DNA from: Spirochaetia bacterium
GTDB taxonomy: Bacteria; Spirochaetota; Spirochaetia; SZUA-6; Bin103
Assembly (NCBI GenBank): GCA_965208575.1
Contig: CBDBOV010000006.1
Coordinates: 576,001 to 640,000 of the forward strand
DNA: 64,000 bases
Direction of reading: 5' to 3'
Position numbers and translations under genes: made by a program. Under the pieces are notes generated by a model, which made no database searches, was not told the DNA's origin, and saw nothing but the letters and a program-made list of their open reading frames with translations. Of the stretch, positions 19,136 to 28,766 are shown piece after piece. Positions within the stretch are counted from its first letter, which is position 1, and each line of letters begins with the position of its first letter.

Positions 19136-20350
19136 ATGGCCGGACCCGTCCGGGGCGACCTGCGCAGTCGCGTCGAGACCCACTCCAGCGTGCCGCTGTG
19201 GCGCAACATCCACGTGCTGCAGGCGGCCACGCAGATCGCCGCGGCGCTGCTGATCGTCGGGCTGATCGGGTTTCTGCTGAACAACCTGTTCGTCAACGCC
19301 GAGAAGCGCGGCGTCGACCTGGGCTTCGGCTTCCTGTCGCTGCGCGCGTCGATCAAGATCTCCAACGCCGCCATCCCCTACTCCCCGGACAACTCCTACT
19401 TCTACGCGTTCCTGGTCGGGGTGGTGCACACCCTGCGCGCCACCCTGCTCGGCATCGTGCTGGCGACCATCCTGGGCGTGCTGGTCGGGGTGGCGCGGCT
19501 GTCGCACAACTGGCTGGTGCAGAAGATCTTCGCGGTGTACATCGGGGCGATCCGCAACATACCGCTGATCGTGACCTGCTACTTCTTCTACTTCGGGCTG
19601 GTGCTGCGCATGCCGATTACCAAGGAGGCGATCCGCCTGCCGGGACCGATCTTCCTGAGCAACCGCGGCGTGTACACGATCTGGGGTGAACCGACCGCCA
19701 GCTTCGGCACCTGGCTGCTGATCCTGCTCATCGCCCTGATCGCCGGCTACTTCGTGCGCCGCTGGCTCCGGCGCCGCGAGACCCGCACCGGCACCCCCTC
19801 CTACCCCAACCTGGCGGCGTTCGGCCTGCTGGCGGTGGTGGGGGCGCTCGGCTGGCTGGTGCTGGCCGGCGGCGGCGAGCCGCCGCTGACCCCCACCGTG
19901 CCGTTTCTCAAGGGCACCAACTTCCGCGGCGGGCTGCGCATGACGCCGGAGTACTTCGCCCTGGTGGCGTGCCTGACCGTGTACATCGCCACCTACATCG
20001 GCGAAATCGTGCGCGGCGCGATCCAGTCGATCCCGCGCGGGCAGCTCGAAGCGGCGCGCGCGGTGGGCCTGAGCGAAGTGCACGTGCTGCGCTACATCGT
20101 GATTCCGCAGGCGCTGCGCATCATCGTGCCGCCCACCATCGGCCAGTACATCAACCTCACCAAGGGCTCGTCGCTGGCCATCGTGGTGGGGTACGCGGAC
20201 ATCTACGTGGTTACCCGCAACATCATCGAGCAGTCGGGCAGTTCGGCGCCGATGTTCCTGCTGATCATCGCCACCTACCTGATCATCGCCGGCGTCTACT
20301 CGCTGATCGGCAACCTGTACAACCGGTCGGTGCAGATCGTGGAGCGTTAG
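19136..20350 (+). CDS. aapQ: Amino acid ABC permease (AapQ-like)
   Basis: GFGFL, ARLSHNWL, RNIPL, GQLEAARAVGL, PQALR. Confidence 0.9.
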   Translation: MAGPVRGDLRSRVETHSSVPLWRNIHVLQAATQIAAALLIVGLIGFLLNNLFVNAEKRGVDLGFGFLSLRASIKISNAAIPYSPDNSYFYAFLVGVVHTLRATLLGIVLATILGVLVGVARLSHNWLVQKIFAVYIGAIRNIPLIVTCYFFYFGLVLRMPITKEAIRLPGPIFLSNRGVYTIWGEPTASFGTWLLILLIALIAGYFVRRWLRRRETRTGTPSYPNLAAFGLLAVVGALGWLVLAGGGEPPLTPTVPFLKGTNFRGGLRMTPEYFALVACLTVYIATYIGEIVRGAIQSIPRGQLEAARAVGLSEVHVLRYIVIPQALRIIVPPTIGQYINLTKGSSLAIVVGYADIYVVTRNIIEQSGSSAPMFLLIIATYLIIAGVYSLIGNLYNRSVQIVER

Positions 20351-20353
20351 CGC

Positions 20354-21583
20354 ATGGCGGACGTGGCCGGCAGCGTGGACGGGGCCGACGAAGTCAGACC
20401 GCCGGTAGCGAGCACCGGCCCGCTCGGCTGGGTGCGCGCCAACCTGCTGGACACCTGGTACAACGCACTGCTGACCGTTGCCGTACTCGCCGCCGCGTAC
20501 TACGTGGTGCGCGGATTCGGCGGCTGGGCGCTGCAGACCGCCGAGTGGGCGGTGCTGACCCAGAACCTGCAGGTGCTGCTGGTGGGCCAGTATCCCGACG
20601 AGGAGGTGTGGCGCGCCGGCGTGGTGATGCTCGCCCTGCCGTTCGTGCTGGGCCTGGGCTGGTCGGTGTGGCCCGGGTTCTGCCGCCGGCTCGCCGTCAG
20701 CCTGGCGGTCGCGGCGCCGCTGGTGGCGCTGCTGCCGGTCGAGTTCGCCAGCCTCGGCGCCGGTTTCCGCATCTTCCTGCTGCTCAACACCGTGCTGGTG
20801 GGCGCCGGCTGGCTGGTGGGCCGCTACACGGCGCTCGGCAACCCGCGCTGGGTGCTGGGGGTCTGGCTGCTGCTGTTCCTGGGCGGGCTGGTGTTCCTGC
20901 GCGGCTTCGCCGAGAGCGAGGCGCTGCCGTTCGTCGGCACCAAGCAATGGGGCGGCCTGATGGTCACGCTGCTGCTGTCGCAGGCGGGCATCGTGGTTTC
21001 CTTCCCGCTCGGCATCCTGTTCGCGCTCGGGCGGCGCAGCTCGATGGCGTTCGTGCGCGTGGCGTGCGTGGCGTACATCGAGGTGCTGCGCGGCACCCCC
21101 ATCCTGGCGCTGTTGTTCGTGACCCAGGTGCTGCTGCCGCTGCTGCTGCCCGACTGGATGGACATGGACCGGCTCACCCGCGGGCTGATCGCGCTGATCC
21201 TGAACAACTCGGCGTACATGGCGGAGAACATCCGCGGCGGCCTGCAGTCGGTGCCCGCCGGCCAACTGGAGGCGGCGCGCGCGCTCGGCATGAAGGTGCA
21301 CCACATCACGGCGCGCATCGTGCTGCCGCAGGCGCTGCGCAACGTGCTGCCGGCGATCGTCGGGCAGTTCATCATCCTGTTCAAGGACACCGCGGTGATC
21401 TCGCTGCTCGGCCTGCTCGACTTCCTCGGCACCGCCAACGCCATCCTGTCCGGGCGCCGCATGTGGTTCAACGCCGAGATCGAAATGTTCGTGTTCGTGG
21501 CGGCGGTGTACTGGGTGTTCACCTACGCCATGACCAGCGTCAGCCGCGCCATCGAGAAGTCAATGAGCAAGGGGGTGGGATAG
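20354..21583 (+). CDS. aapM: Amino acid ABC permease (AapM-like)
   Basis: WVRANL, WGGLMVT, ALGRRS, AENIRGGLQ, LFKDT. Confidence 0.9.
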   Translation: MADVAGSVDGADEVRPPVASTGPLGWVRANLLDTWYNALLTVAVLAAAYYVVRGFGGWALQTAEWAVLTQNLQVLLVGQYPDEEVWRAGVVMLALPFVLGLGWSVWPGFCRRLAVSLAVAAPLVALLPVEFASLGAGFRIFLLLNTVLVGAGWLVGRYTALGNPRWVLGVWLLLFLGGLVFLRGFAESEALPFVGTKQWGGLMVTLLLSQAGIVVSFPLGILFALGRRSSMAFVRVACVAYIEVLRGTPILALLFVTQVLLPLLLPDWMDMDRLTRGLIALILNNSAYMAENIRGGLQSVPAGQLEAARALGMKVHHITARIVLPQALRNVLPAIVGQFIILFKDTAVISLLGLLDFLGTANAILSGRRMWFNAEIEMFVFVAAVYWVFTYAMTSVSRAIEKSMSKGVG

Positions 21584-22329
21584 TGGCGAAGGAGCGCAAC
21601 GGCATCATCGTGGTGCGCGAGCTGCACAAGTGGTTCGGGGATTTCCACGTGCTGCGCGGCATCTCGATGCAGATCTACGAGGGCGAGAAGATGGTGATCT
21701 TCGGTCCGTCGGGATCGGGCAAGTCCACCTTCATCCGCACCCTCAACCGGCTCGAGGAACACCAGCGCGGCGACATCGTGGTGGACGGCATCGAGCTGTC
21801 CGCCGACATCCGCAATATCGACGCCATCCGCAGCGAGATCGGCATGGTGTTCCAGTCGTTCAACCTGTTCCCGCACCTGACGGTGCTCGACAACATCACG
21901 CTCGCGCCGATCCTGGTGCGCCACCTGTCCAAGGACGACGCGGGCGCGCTCGCCATGCGCTACCTGGAGCGGGTCGGCATCCCCGAGCAGGCCGAGAAGT
22001 ATCCCGGCCAGCTCTCCGGCGGCCAGCAGCAACGCGTCGCCATCGCGCGCGCGCTGGCGATGCAGCCCAAGATCATGATGTTCGACGAACCCACCTCGGC
22101 GCTCGACCCGGAGATGATCAAGGAGGTGCTCGACGTGATGGTGGAGCTGGCCGAATCGGGCATGACGATGATCGTGGTGACCCACGAGATGGGCTTCGCG
22201 CGCCAGGTGGCGGACCGGATGGTGATGTTCGACGAGGGCAAGGTGGTGGAGATGGGCACCCCGGATGAGGTGCTCGAACACCCGCGGCATGAGCGCACCC
22301 AGCAGTTCCTGGCGCAAATTCTGACCTGA
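21583..22329 (+). CDS. aapP: Amino acid ABC ATP-binding protein (AapP-like)
   Basis: GTG overlapping the aapM stop; GPSGSGKST, LSGGQQQR, FDEPTSALD. Confidence 0.93.
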   Translation: MAKERNGIIVVRELHKWFGDFHVLRGISMQIYEGEKMVIFGPSGSGKSTFIRTLNRLEEHQRGDIVVDGIELSADIRNIDAIRSEIGMVFQSFNLFPHLTVLDNITLAPILVRHLSKDDAGALAMRYLERVGIPEQAEKYPGQLSGGQQQRVAIARALAMQPKIMMFDEPTSALDPEMIKEVLDVMVELAESGMTMIVVTHEMGFARQVADRMVMFDEGKVVEMGTPDEVLEHPRHERTQQFLAQILT

Positions 22330-22553
22330 CCTGAGTCATACCCGAGGTGCCCGGAGAGAGCTGACCATCGAAGGGGGCCATGGCGGCAACCGCACGACCA
22401 GTCGTCGTCGACTGCACGCCGTAACTGCGGCCAGTGGCTGCAGGGTGATCCCATGCTGACGGACGTGATGGAGGGACAAGCGCCGACTCGGTGAGCAAGC
22501 AAGTTCGTGACGGCGAATTCGTCGGGCCTCAGTCTCCCGCCTACGCACGGCCG

Positions 22554-23705
22554 TCACCCCGACAGGACTCGCCGCACCTCGTCCGCTTCCACCGCCAGCG
22601 CCGCGGCGATCGCCTCGGCATCCTGTCCCAGGCCATGCAGGCGGCGGATCGCCTGCGCGAGCAGCAAGCGCCGCTCCTGCTCCGCCTGTTGCTGCGCCTG
22701 TTCCGCCTGCTGCCGCTCCTGCTGCGCCTGCTGCCGCTCCTGCTGCGCCTGCTGCCGCTCCCGCAGCGCCTGCTGCCGCTCCTGCTGCGCCCGCTGCCGC
22801 TGCTGTTCCGCCTGCTGCTGTGCCCGTTCCGCCTGCTGTTGCGCCCGCTCCGCTCGCTGCGCCCGCTCCCGCTCCTGCTGCGCCCGCTGCCGCTCCTGTG
22901 CTATAAGGCGGTCGCGATGCTCCACCTGCCGCGCCAGCAGCATCGAGTCTCGCAACAGCAGGTCCTCTCCCTCCATGTCGCGCCGCACCTCTTCTTCCGC
23001 CATCGCCTCCCGCAACTGCCGCAGCACGAAGGCGCACTCCGCCGGATACTCCCCTTCTTCGATCGTCAGCACGTGCGCGTCACCCCGTCCGTTGCCTTTC
23101 ACCAAGCCCTGGTCGAAGATCGCCAGCAGCCGCTCCAACTCGTCCCGCCGCCGGCTCGCCAGCCGCGGTATCTGGATGATGTGGCTGCGGTGATGGATCC
23201 CCTCCACCAGCGGATGGCTCGCCGCAAGCTCCCGCCCCGTGCGCCGCTCGGTTACCTGCGGGCACACGTCGATCACCGCCTCGTCCGACAGGTCATCCAG
23301 GGCGTAGCCCAGGAAGTAGATGGTCACGATCGGCACCGCCTCGGTGCGGCCCGACGGATGGGTAAGGATGTTGTCGCCGCTGCCGATCTGCTGGCCCAGG
23401 TAGCGCCGGAAGCGCTCGATCACGGTCGGCGCGCTGGTCTTCTGAATCTCGATCAGCACCTGCCGCTCGCCGCCGTCGGCAGTGCGCACGCGGGCGGCGA
23501 AGTCCATGCGCAGCAGCGTCAGCGGCTGGACGCGCTCCGGGTCTTCGGGAGTGCGGCGCACGGCGCTCTCCTGCGGGCTGACGGTGAGCGACCGCACCGC
23601 GAGGCCGGTGATCCTGCCGATCAGCAGGCGGGCGACCCGGTCGTTCTGCATCAGGTACTTGAACACCACGTCGTAGATGGGGTTGGCGACGTCCACGCTC
23701 CGCAT
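22554..23705 (-). CDS. Rpn family / PD-(D/E)XK nuclease-transposase with Q/E/R-rich coiled coil
   Basis: Intact 383-aa ORF; ANPIYDVVFKYLM, LIEIQK; C-terminal IAAALAV..DEV helix-turn-helix-like tail. Confidence 0.85.
   Translation of the reverse strand: MRSVDVANPIYDVVFKYLMQNDRVARLLIGRITGLAVRSLTVSPQESAVRRTPEDPERVQPLTLLRMDFAARVRTADGGERQVLIEIQKTSAPTVIERFRRYLGQQIGSGDNILTHPSGRTEAVPIVTIYFLGYALDDLSDEAVIDVCPQVTERRTGRELAASHPLVEGIHHRSHIIQIPRLASRRRDELERLLAIFDQGLVKGNGRGDAHVLTIEEGEYPAECAFVLRQLREAMAEEEVRRDMEGEDLLLRDSMLLARQVEHRDRLIAQERQRAQQERERAQRAERAQQQAERAQQQAEQQRQRAQQERQQALRERQQAQQERQQAQQERQQAEQAQQQAEQERRLLLAQAIRRLHGLGQDAEAIAAALAVEADEVRRVLSG
22660..22900. repeat. 21-bp coding tandem repeat (heptads such as QAQQERQ)
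   Basis: CTGCGCCTGCTGCCGCTCCTG-like units; about 49 aa longer than in copy 1. Confidence 0.85.
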
Positions 23706-24026
23706 TGAACCGGCGGCCCGCGCGCTGCGTCAATCGCCGTCAATCGCCTTGCCCCTGTTGCGGATGGTCGGTGCGGCGACGGTGTCATGCACCGACGGGC
23801 GTGCTCGCTGGTCTATTGCCGGGGGCGGGCGGCGCCGGATGCCGGCGAAGGCTCGGGCGTGCTTCACGCCCCTCCTCCGATCGCGACTGGCCGCCTGCGA
23901 CTCGGTAGCGTGGGATAGTCCTGAGTGGCTGCGGCGGCGGCGTTGGACAGCGGGAGCGACTCGGAACACGATGAACGCTTCCTGGAATGCGCGCTTACGT
24001 AGTCCGCCGCCTCCTGCTCGCCGTCG

Positions 24027-24950
24027 TTACTCGTGCTCGCCAGTCAGGGTCGGCAGGACGTCCGCCAGGGTGATGCCGAAGTCGTTTTCCTGGGTGGCTT
24101 GAAAGACCGGGAGAGACAGCTTGTTGGGAGCCGCGTTCCCTCGAAAACCGCCGAGACGTTGCAATTTTGCCATGGTGGGACTGCCGGCCACCCGATGCCA
24201 GTCGATCGGCGTCGCCGGATCGCAGGTGCGCAGCGATACCGCCACGCGCCGATCCTCGGTCGTCTGCGTCGCGTGGATGGTGTTGAGGCTCAGCAGCAGC
24301 AGGTCGCCGGGTCCCACCTCCGGAATCTCCATGACCTCCTCAATCTCCAGGTCCTCGTCGTGATGGTAGACCCCGCTCCAGTCGGACAGGTACAACGTCC
24401 CGCCGTCGCGCAGCGAGTACAACCTGCTCGCGCCCGAGCGCCGGCAGAGGTTGAACACTCGCGGCGACTTCTCGCGCAGCCGATCCCAGGGAATCACGCG
24501 CAGCCCCGCCTCCGTGCGGGACGGCTTGACCAGCGGAATCCAGTAATTGAGATGAGTCGGATTGTACTCGGTCAGGAAGAAGTGATCGTGATCCTGATGC
24601 CAGGAAAGATCGGTGACCGGCGTCTGGAGATAAAGGATCTGATAGAGCGCGGCCCTGGCTCCGGTCACGCCGCCGGCGAATTCTTCCATCCGCGGACGTA
24701 TCCGGTGGAAGGTTTCCCTTCGTCCCATTGCGTTGGCACGCAGAGCTCCGCTTTGACCGGCAACCGGCTTGTCGCCAAGGTGCTGCGCCGCATGCCTGGT
24801 TTTCGTCGGGGGCGAATAGTCCGGGCTGGTATCGAATTCTGCCACCAGGAAGTCGATCTCGTCACGGTTCAGAAACCCCGGGACAACGCAGAAGCCCCGT
24901 TCGTCGAGCGCGGCTGCAATTGCCTTGAAGTCGGCCTTGAAATCGGTCAT
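24027..24950 (-). CDS. Phytanoyl-CoA dioxygenase-family Fe(II)/2-oxoglutarate oxygenase
   Basis: LDERGFCVVPGFL, WHQD (HxD), NYWIPL, GDLLL...TIHAT...RVAVSLR. Confidence 0.8.
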   Translation of the reverse strand: MTDFKADFKAIAAALDERGFCVVPGFLNRDEIDFLVAEFDTSPDYSPPTKTRHAAQHLGDKPVAGQSGALRANAMGRRETFHRIRPRMEEFAGGVTGARAALYQILYLQTPVTDLSWHQDHDHFFLTEYNPTHLNYWIPLVKPSRTEAGLRVIPWDRLREKSPRVFNLCRRSGASRLYSLRDGGTLYLSDWSGVYHHDEDLEIEEVMEIPEVGPGDLLLLSLNTIHATQTTEDRRVAVSLRTCDPATPIDWHRVAGSPTMAKLQRLGGFRGNAAPNKLSLPVFQATQENDFGITLADVLPTLTGEHE

Positions 24951-26195
24951 GAGTATTTCGCTCCCTGTATGTCATAACCGTAGTTTGCCTTGACCGCTTC
25001 CGGCCACTCCTCATAGGGGACGTGGAACCCGAGGGTGGCCGTCCCCATCGTCCCCTGCGGTGTCGTCACGCCCAAACCACCATAGAGGCCCTCGTTGATT
25101 GCCTCGTTGTCTATTGCCAACTGCATCGCCTGACGCACCCGGATGTCATCAAAGGGCGGCTTGCGCACATCCATGGCAGCGGACGTATTCGATTTACCGA
25201 ATATGGTGGTCGTGATCACGAGTTCAGGGTCGGTCCGCTGGAGGCTCTCTGCGTCGTCCCTGTTGAGAGCTTCGCCAATACCCCCAAGAGAGCGACCTTA
25301 CCGGTCCGTAGTGCCGCAAGTCGTGTAGACGCATCTGGCATGTATAAGATCTTCAGCTCGTCTGAGTAAGGCAGACGGTTCCCCGGGAACTTCTCATCGT
25401 CTTTCCAGTAGTTGAGATTCTTGGTATAGGTGCGGCTGCTGCCCTCCACCCAGTCGACCAGCTCATAGGGCCCGGTGCCGACCAGGTTTCTCCAATCCTG
25501 AACGCTGCCATGCTCATTGATTACCTCGGGGGGATATATCCGGCCACCCTCAAAGGAGTCGTAAAGAAAGACATCCAACGCGGTGAAGGATATCTGCTTC
25601 AGCTTGACAACAAACGTATGCCCGTCGGCCGCCTCTATCGATTCAATAGGCAAGCTGGTGATAAGGCCGCCGTTCGGGCTCTTCTCGGTGAAACCGCTGC
25701 CCAGGGCCGTAAGTCGGTGAAAGTTGAACACAACGTCATCGGCAGTGAGCTCGCGTCCGTTCATCGGCGCCTTGTCGTGCCAGTGAATGCCCGCGCGGAT
25801 TTTGAATATTATGGTCAGGGGATCCGGTGTTCGTAGCTCTCCGCCAGGTGTGGTTTAACTACGTCTCTAGGAGTATACCACCCATGGTTAAAGGGCCATT
25901 TGTCTCTGGGTATTGCCCAATCCACCATGCCGAGTTTCTCGAGAACGGCGCCGCGTTCCAGGTATTGTGACCCCCACCACGAGTCAAGGTGCGCCGGTTC
26001 CCGCGCATAAGGCAAAACAAGTTGCCCACCATATTGTGGCGCGTTGATCATCTCGCCGGTGGCCGGGTCGAGCACCATTTCCTGCTCGCTCGGCGCGGCC
26101 GCCGCCTCGCCTTCGCTGGCCGGGCCGGCAAACGCAGCGGCCGCCACCAGCGCGAACGCCAGTGCAATCGACATTAGTGTAGAAGCTCCTTTCAT
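24947..26195 (-). pseudogene. Family-5 ABC substrate-binding protein, frameshifted and 3'-truncated
   Basis: Three fragments (25815-26195, 25216-25764, 24947-25219) carrying APQYGG, NGRELTADDV, VGTGPY and DIRVRQAM. Confidence 0.85.
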
Positions 26196-26283
26196 TGTGC
26201 TTCTCCCTTACGTGTCGGGCACGGATGTGCCCCGTTTCTGGAAATGCCAGCAACGCTGGACGCTGTGGTCTGGTGGAAACGCA

Positions 26284-26361
26284 GCCGACGCGGTCGGCCG
26301 TTGGACGCCCGGACGCATGGCGGCCGACGTGGTCGGCCGTTGGAAGCTCGGATGCGTGGCG
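26284..26361. repeat. Two imperfect 39-bp tandem units, each with a GCCGAC-N3-GTCGGC hairpin
   Basis: Read directly upstream of the pseudogene. Confidence 0.55.
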
Positions 26362-26682
26362 GGTATGCGCCGCGCGGAAAGAGGACGCCGCGCTCAGCAC
26401 CGGCGGACCGGTTGGCTACTAGCGCGCGGTTAGTGAGCGGTGAGCGGTGGTAGCTCGCTACACATCAGGACGTCATCTTGCCAAATTCGCCGGAGCGGCG
26501 CAAGTGGCCGTAATGTTGGGGTGCGAACGCGGAAAGCGGTACGCAGGTCATTGCAGCATGGTCTACCCGCTCGATGGCACGGATGCGAACATCCGGGGAC
26601 TGGCGAACTGGATCGGCGGCGCGATGGAGCGGCCTTACACCGACCGCCGGCAGTCGGAGCGCAGGCTTCCACGACGGCGCGG

Positions 26683-28551
26683 TCACGCCTCAGCCCGCTC
26701 GATTGCCGCCTGCGATCCGACGGTGCGCCCGTGTTCGTTCGGATCGACCGCGGAGACCGGAGCGCGCCGGGCTTCATTCGGCACACTCTCGGCGTGAGCA
26801 TGGCGCTGAGCGTGGCGCAACCTGTGGTGCGCTCGACAATGGAGCGTCAGATTCCGCGGCACCGCGCCGCCGCCGAGCGCGAACGGCACGATGTGGTCGA
26901 TCTCCAGCCGATAGCGGGAGCCGCAGCGCCGCCCGCTGCGGCGGTCGACATAGGTGCAACAACCCTGGTCGCGGCGCCACACCTCCCGCTTCACCGCTAC
27001 CGGGATGTACCGCGACCGGGAGCCCGGCACCGCGCCGAGGCTGCGCAACGCGGCAAGGTGCCGCTCCACTGCCGGCGAACGCACCGCCGGCCCCACCGCG
27101 CCATGCCCGGCGGCGTACGCCAGCCGCTTCGCCGCCGACTCCGAGCGCCGGACCGTGTCCCGCACCGGCGCGGACTTCGGGCCGCCGCGCTCGGCCTCCG
27201 TGTCCCGCTTCGCCGCCGAAACCGCCGGACCGGTGCCGTTCCGTGCGACCGCGTGCGGCCTGCGCCCGGGTTGGGCTTCGGATCGGCACTTCGCTGGCGA
27301 AGTGGTGTGCGCACCGCTGTTCGGCGCCGCCGCCCGTGACGCGCTGCCGTACCCGGTGACCGAGTGGCGCTTCGCCGGCGAAGTGGTGTGCCCCTCTCTG
27401 TCCCCCACCGGCGCGGACTCGTTCGGCGCCGAATCGGAGCAGCGGACAATATCCCGCACCGCCGTGGAGTTCGTTTCGCCATGCTCGACCTCCGCAGGCC
27501 GCTTCGGGGCCGAGGGACCGGGCAGGTCATTCGCAGCCGCCGACTTCGCGCCGCCGCACGCGTCCTCCGCACGCTGTTTCGCCGCCGACACCGCCCCACC
27601 GTCGCCGTCCTGCGTCACCGCACGCGACGCCCGACCGAGTTCGGCCTCGGCGTGGCGATTCGCCGGCGAACCGTTGAGCTCACCGCTGACCGGTAGCGCC
27701 GGCGTGCTCGCGGATCCTGCGCCGTCGACCGAGCCGCCACCGCCCGTACGCCGCACACGCGGCGGCCGAGCCGGGTCGTAGCGGTCCAGGCCGTCGCGCA
27801 CCAGCCGCGCCACCAGCCCGCCCAGCGTCAGGTGCGGATCCGTGTGCGACAGCAGCATCAGCAGCTTCTCCAGCCCGTGCCGGCACTCCGCGTCGACCGC
27901 CGCCTTCAACTCCCAGCGCCCGCCTCCGAGCGCGCGCAACCGGTCGCTCGGCTGCGCCAACTCCGGGTCCACCTCGGCCAGCATCTGCTGCACTTCGCGC
28001 GTGCTCTTGCCCGCCGCCTGCCGGACCAGCTTCTCCCGCGCCGCCGCGTCCAGCACCGGCCCGGCTGCCGGTGGCGCCGGATCGTGCTCGCCGCCGCGCG
28101 CCGGCGCCGCCGGTCCCGGGTCGCCCGGTGCGCCGTCACTCGGTGGCGCACCGCCCACGGCGCCACCTGCTCCGGTACTTACCGGCGGGCGGCCCCGGTT
28201 GCGGTCGTTGCGCTCGAACAGGTTCTGCAGTTGCGCCGCGTTGCTCAGGTTCAGCGAGCCGTCCTGCAGCAGCTCACGCGCAGCGCCGGTCCCGGTGCAC
28301 AGCCGCATCGCCTTGATGCGCCGCCAGGCGGCGGCCGCGGTGTAGCCCAGTTCGTGCACGACGTAGTCGAACAGACTGCCATACCCGCGGGTCAGGTGGA
28401 GGCTGCGCGCCTCGATCTCGCGCAGGTGGTCGAGCACCAGGATCTGCAGCGCCTGTTCGTGGCGGGCGAGCCGCCGGGTCTGCGCCAGCAGGAGGTAGTC
28501 GGGCAGCGCGGCGACGGTGGACTAGGGGGTGGGAGACGGCACGGCATCCAT
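26683..28551 (-). pseudogene. HNH endonuclease with DUF222-like N-terminus; TAG at codon 10, possible restart at GTG 28437
   Basis: LDHLREIEAR.LHL..GYGSLFDY..ELGY; RYIP.AV.REVWRRDQG.C..C....LEIDHIVP.ALGG....NL...C..HH; TAG 28522-28524 is TGG in copy 2. Confidence 0.8.
27125..27672. repeat. 81-bp-periodic array of TTCG-N4-CGA(A) palindromes inside the HNH ORF (8 units)
   Basis: Unit starts 27125, 27206, 27287, 27368, 27419, 27500, 27575, 27656. Confidence 0.75.
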
Positions 28552-28766
28552 GTCGTAAGTATACCATGGGATTCAAAATAGCCGATTTTCCCGAGTCCTC
28601 GACGGCGGTGAAACGGCGCCCGGAAGGCCGCGCCACGGGGCGCTGTCGCGGCAACGGAGGCCAAGTCGTTCCGGGGCAGTCGGAGGGACCGCCGCGCGCC
28701 GTAGCGAGCCACCATGAGCCCCGAAAATCGCGTCAAGGGGTGCGCGCAGTTTTTTCGCGATTTTTT
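28552..28766. other. Conserved non-coding module upstream of HNH copy 1 (candidate ncRNA or element end)
   Basis: Aligns colinearly with 51855-52070; ends in TGCGCGCA plus T-tracts on the + strand. Confidence 0.45.

Larger units (their letters stand above)
22479..23923 (-). mobile_element. Rpn/PD-(D/E)XK nuclease cassette, copy 2
   Basis: Same boundaries as 1828-3117, in a different genomic context. Confidence 0.6.

Noticed and set aside
19969-22329. 786-aa ORF as a fused ABC ATPase
   Set aside because: Only 21583-22329 is the ATPase; the upstream part is an alternative frame over the permease genes
22660-22900. 21-bp repeats as a non-coding array
   Set aside because: They encode coiled-coil heptads of the Rpn protein
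27125-27672. Calling the palindrome array a CRISPR
   Set aside because: Repeats are only 12-18 bp and degenerate, the intervening segments are related to one another, it lies in an ORF, and no cas genes are present; kept as a separate finding
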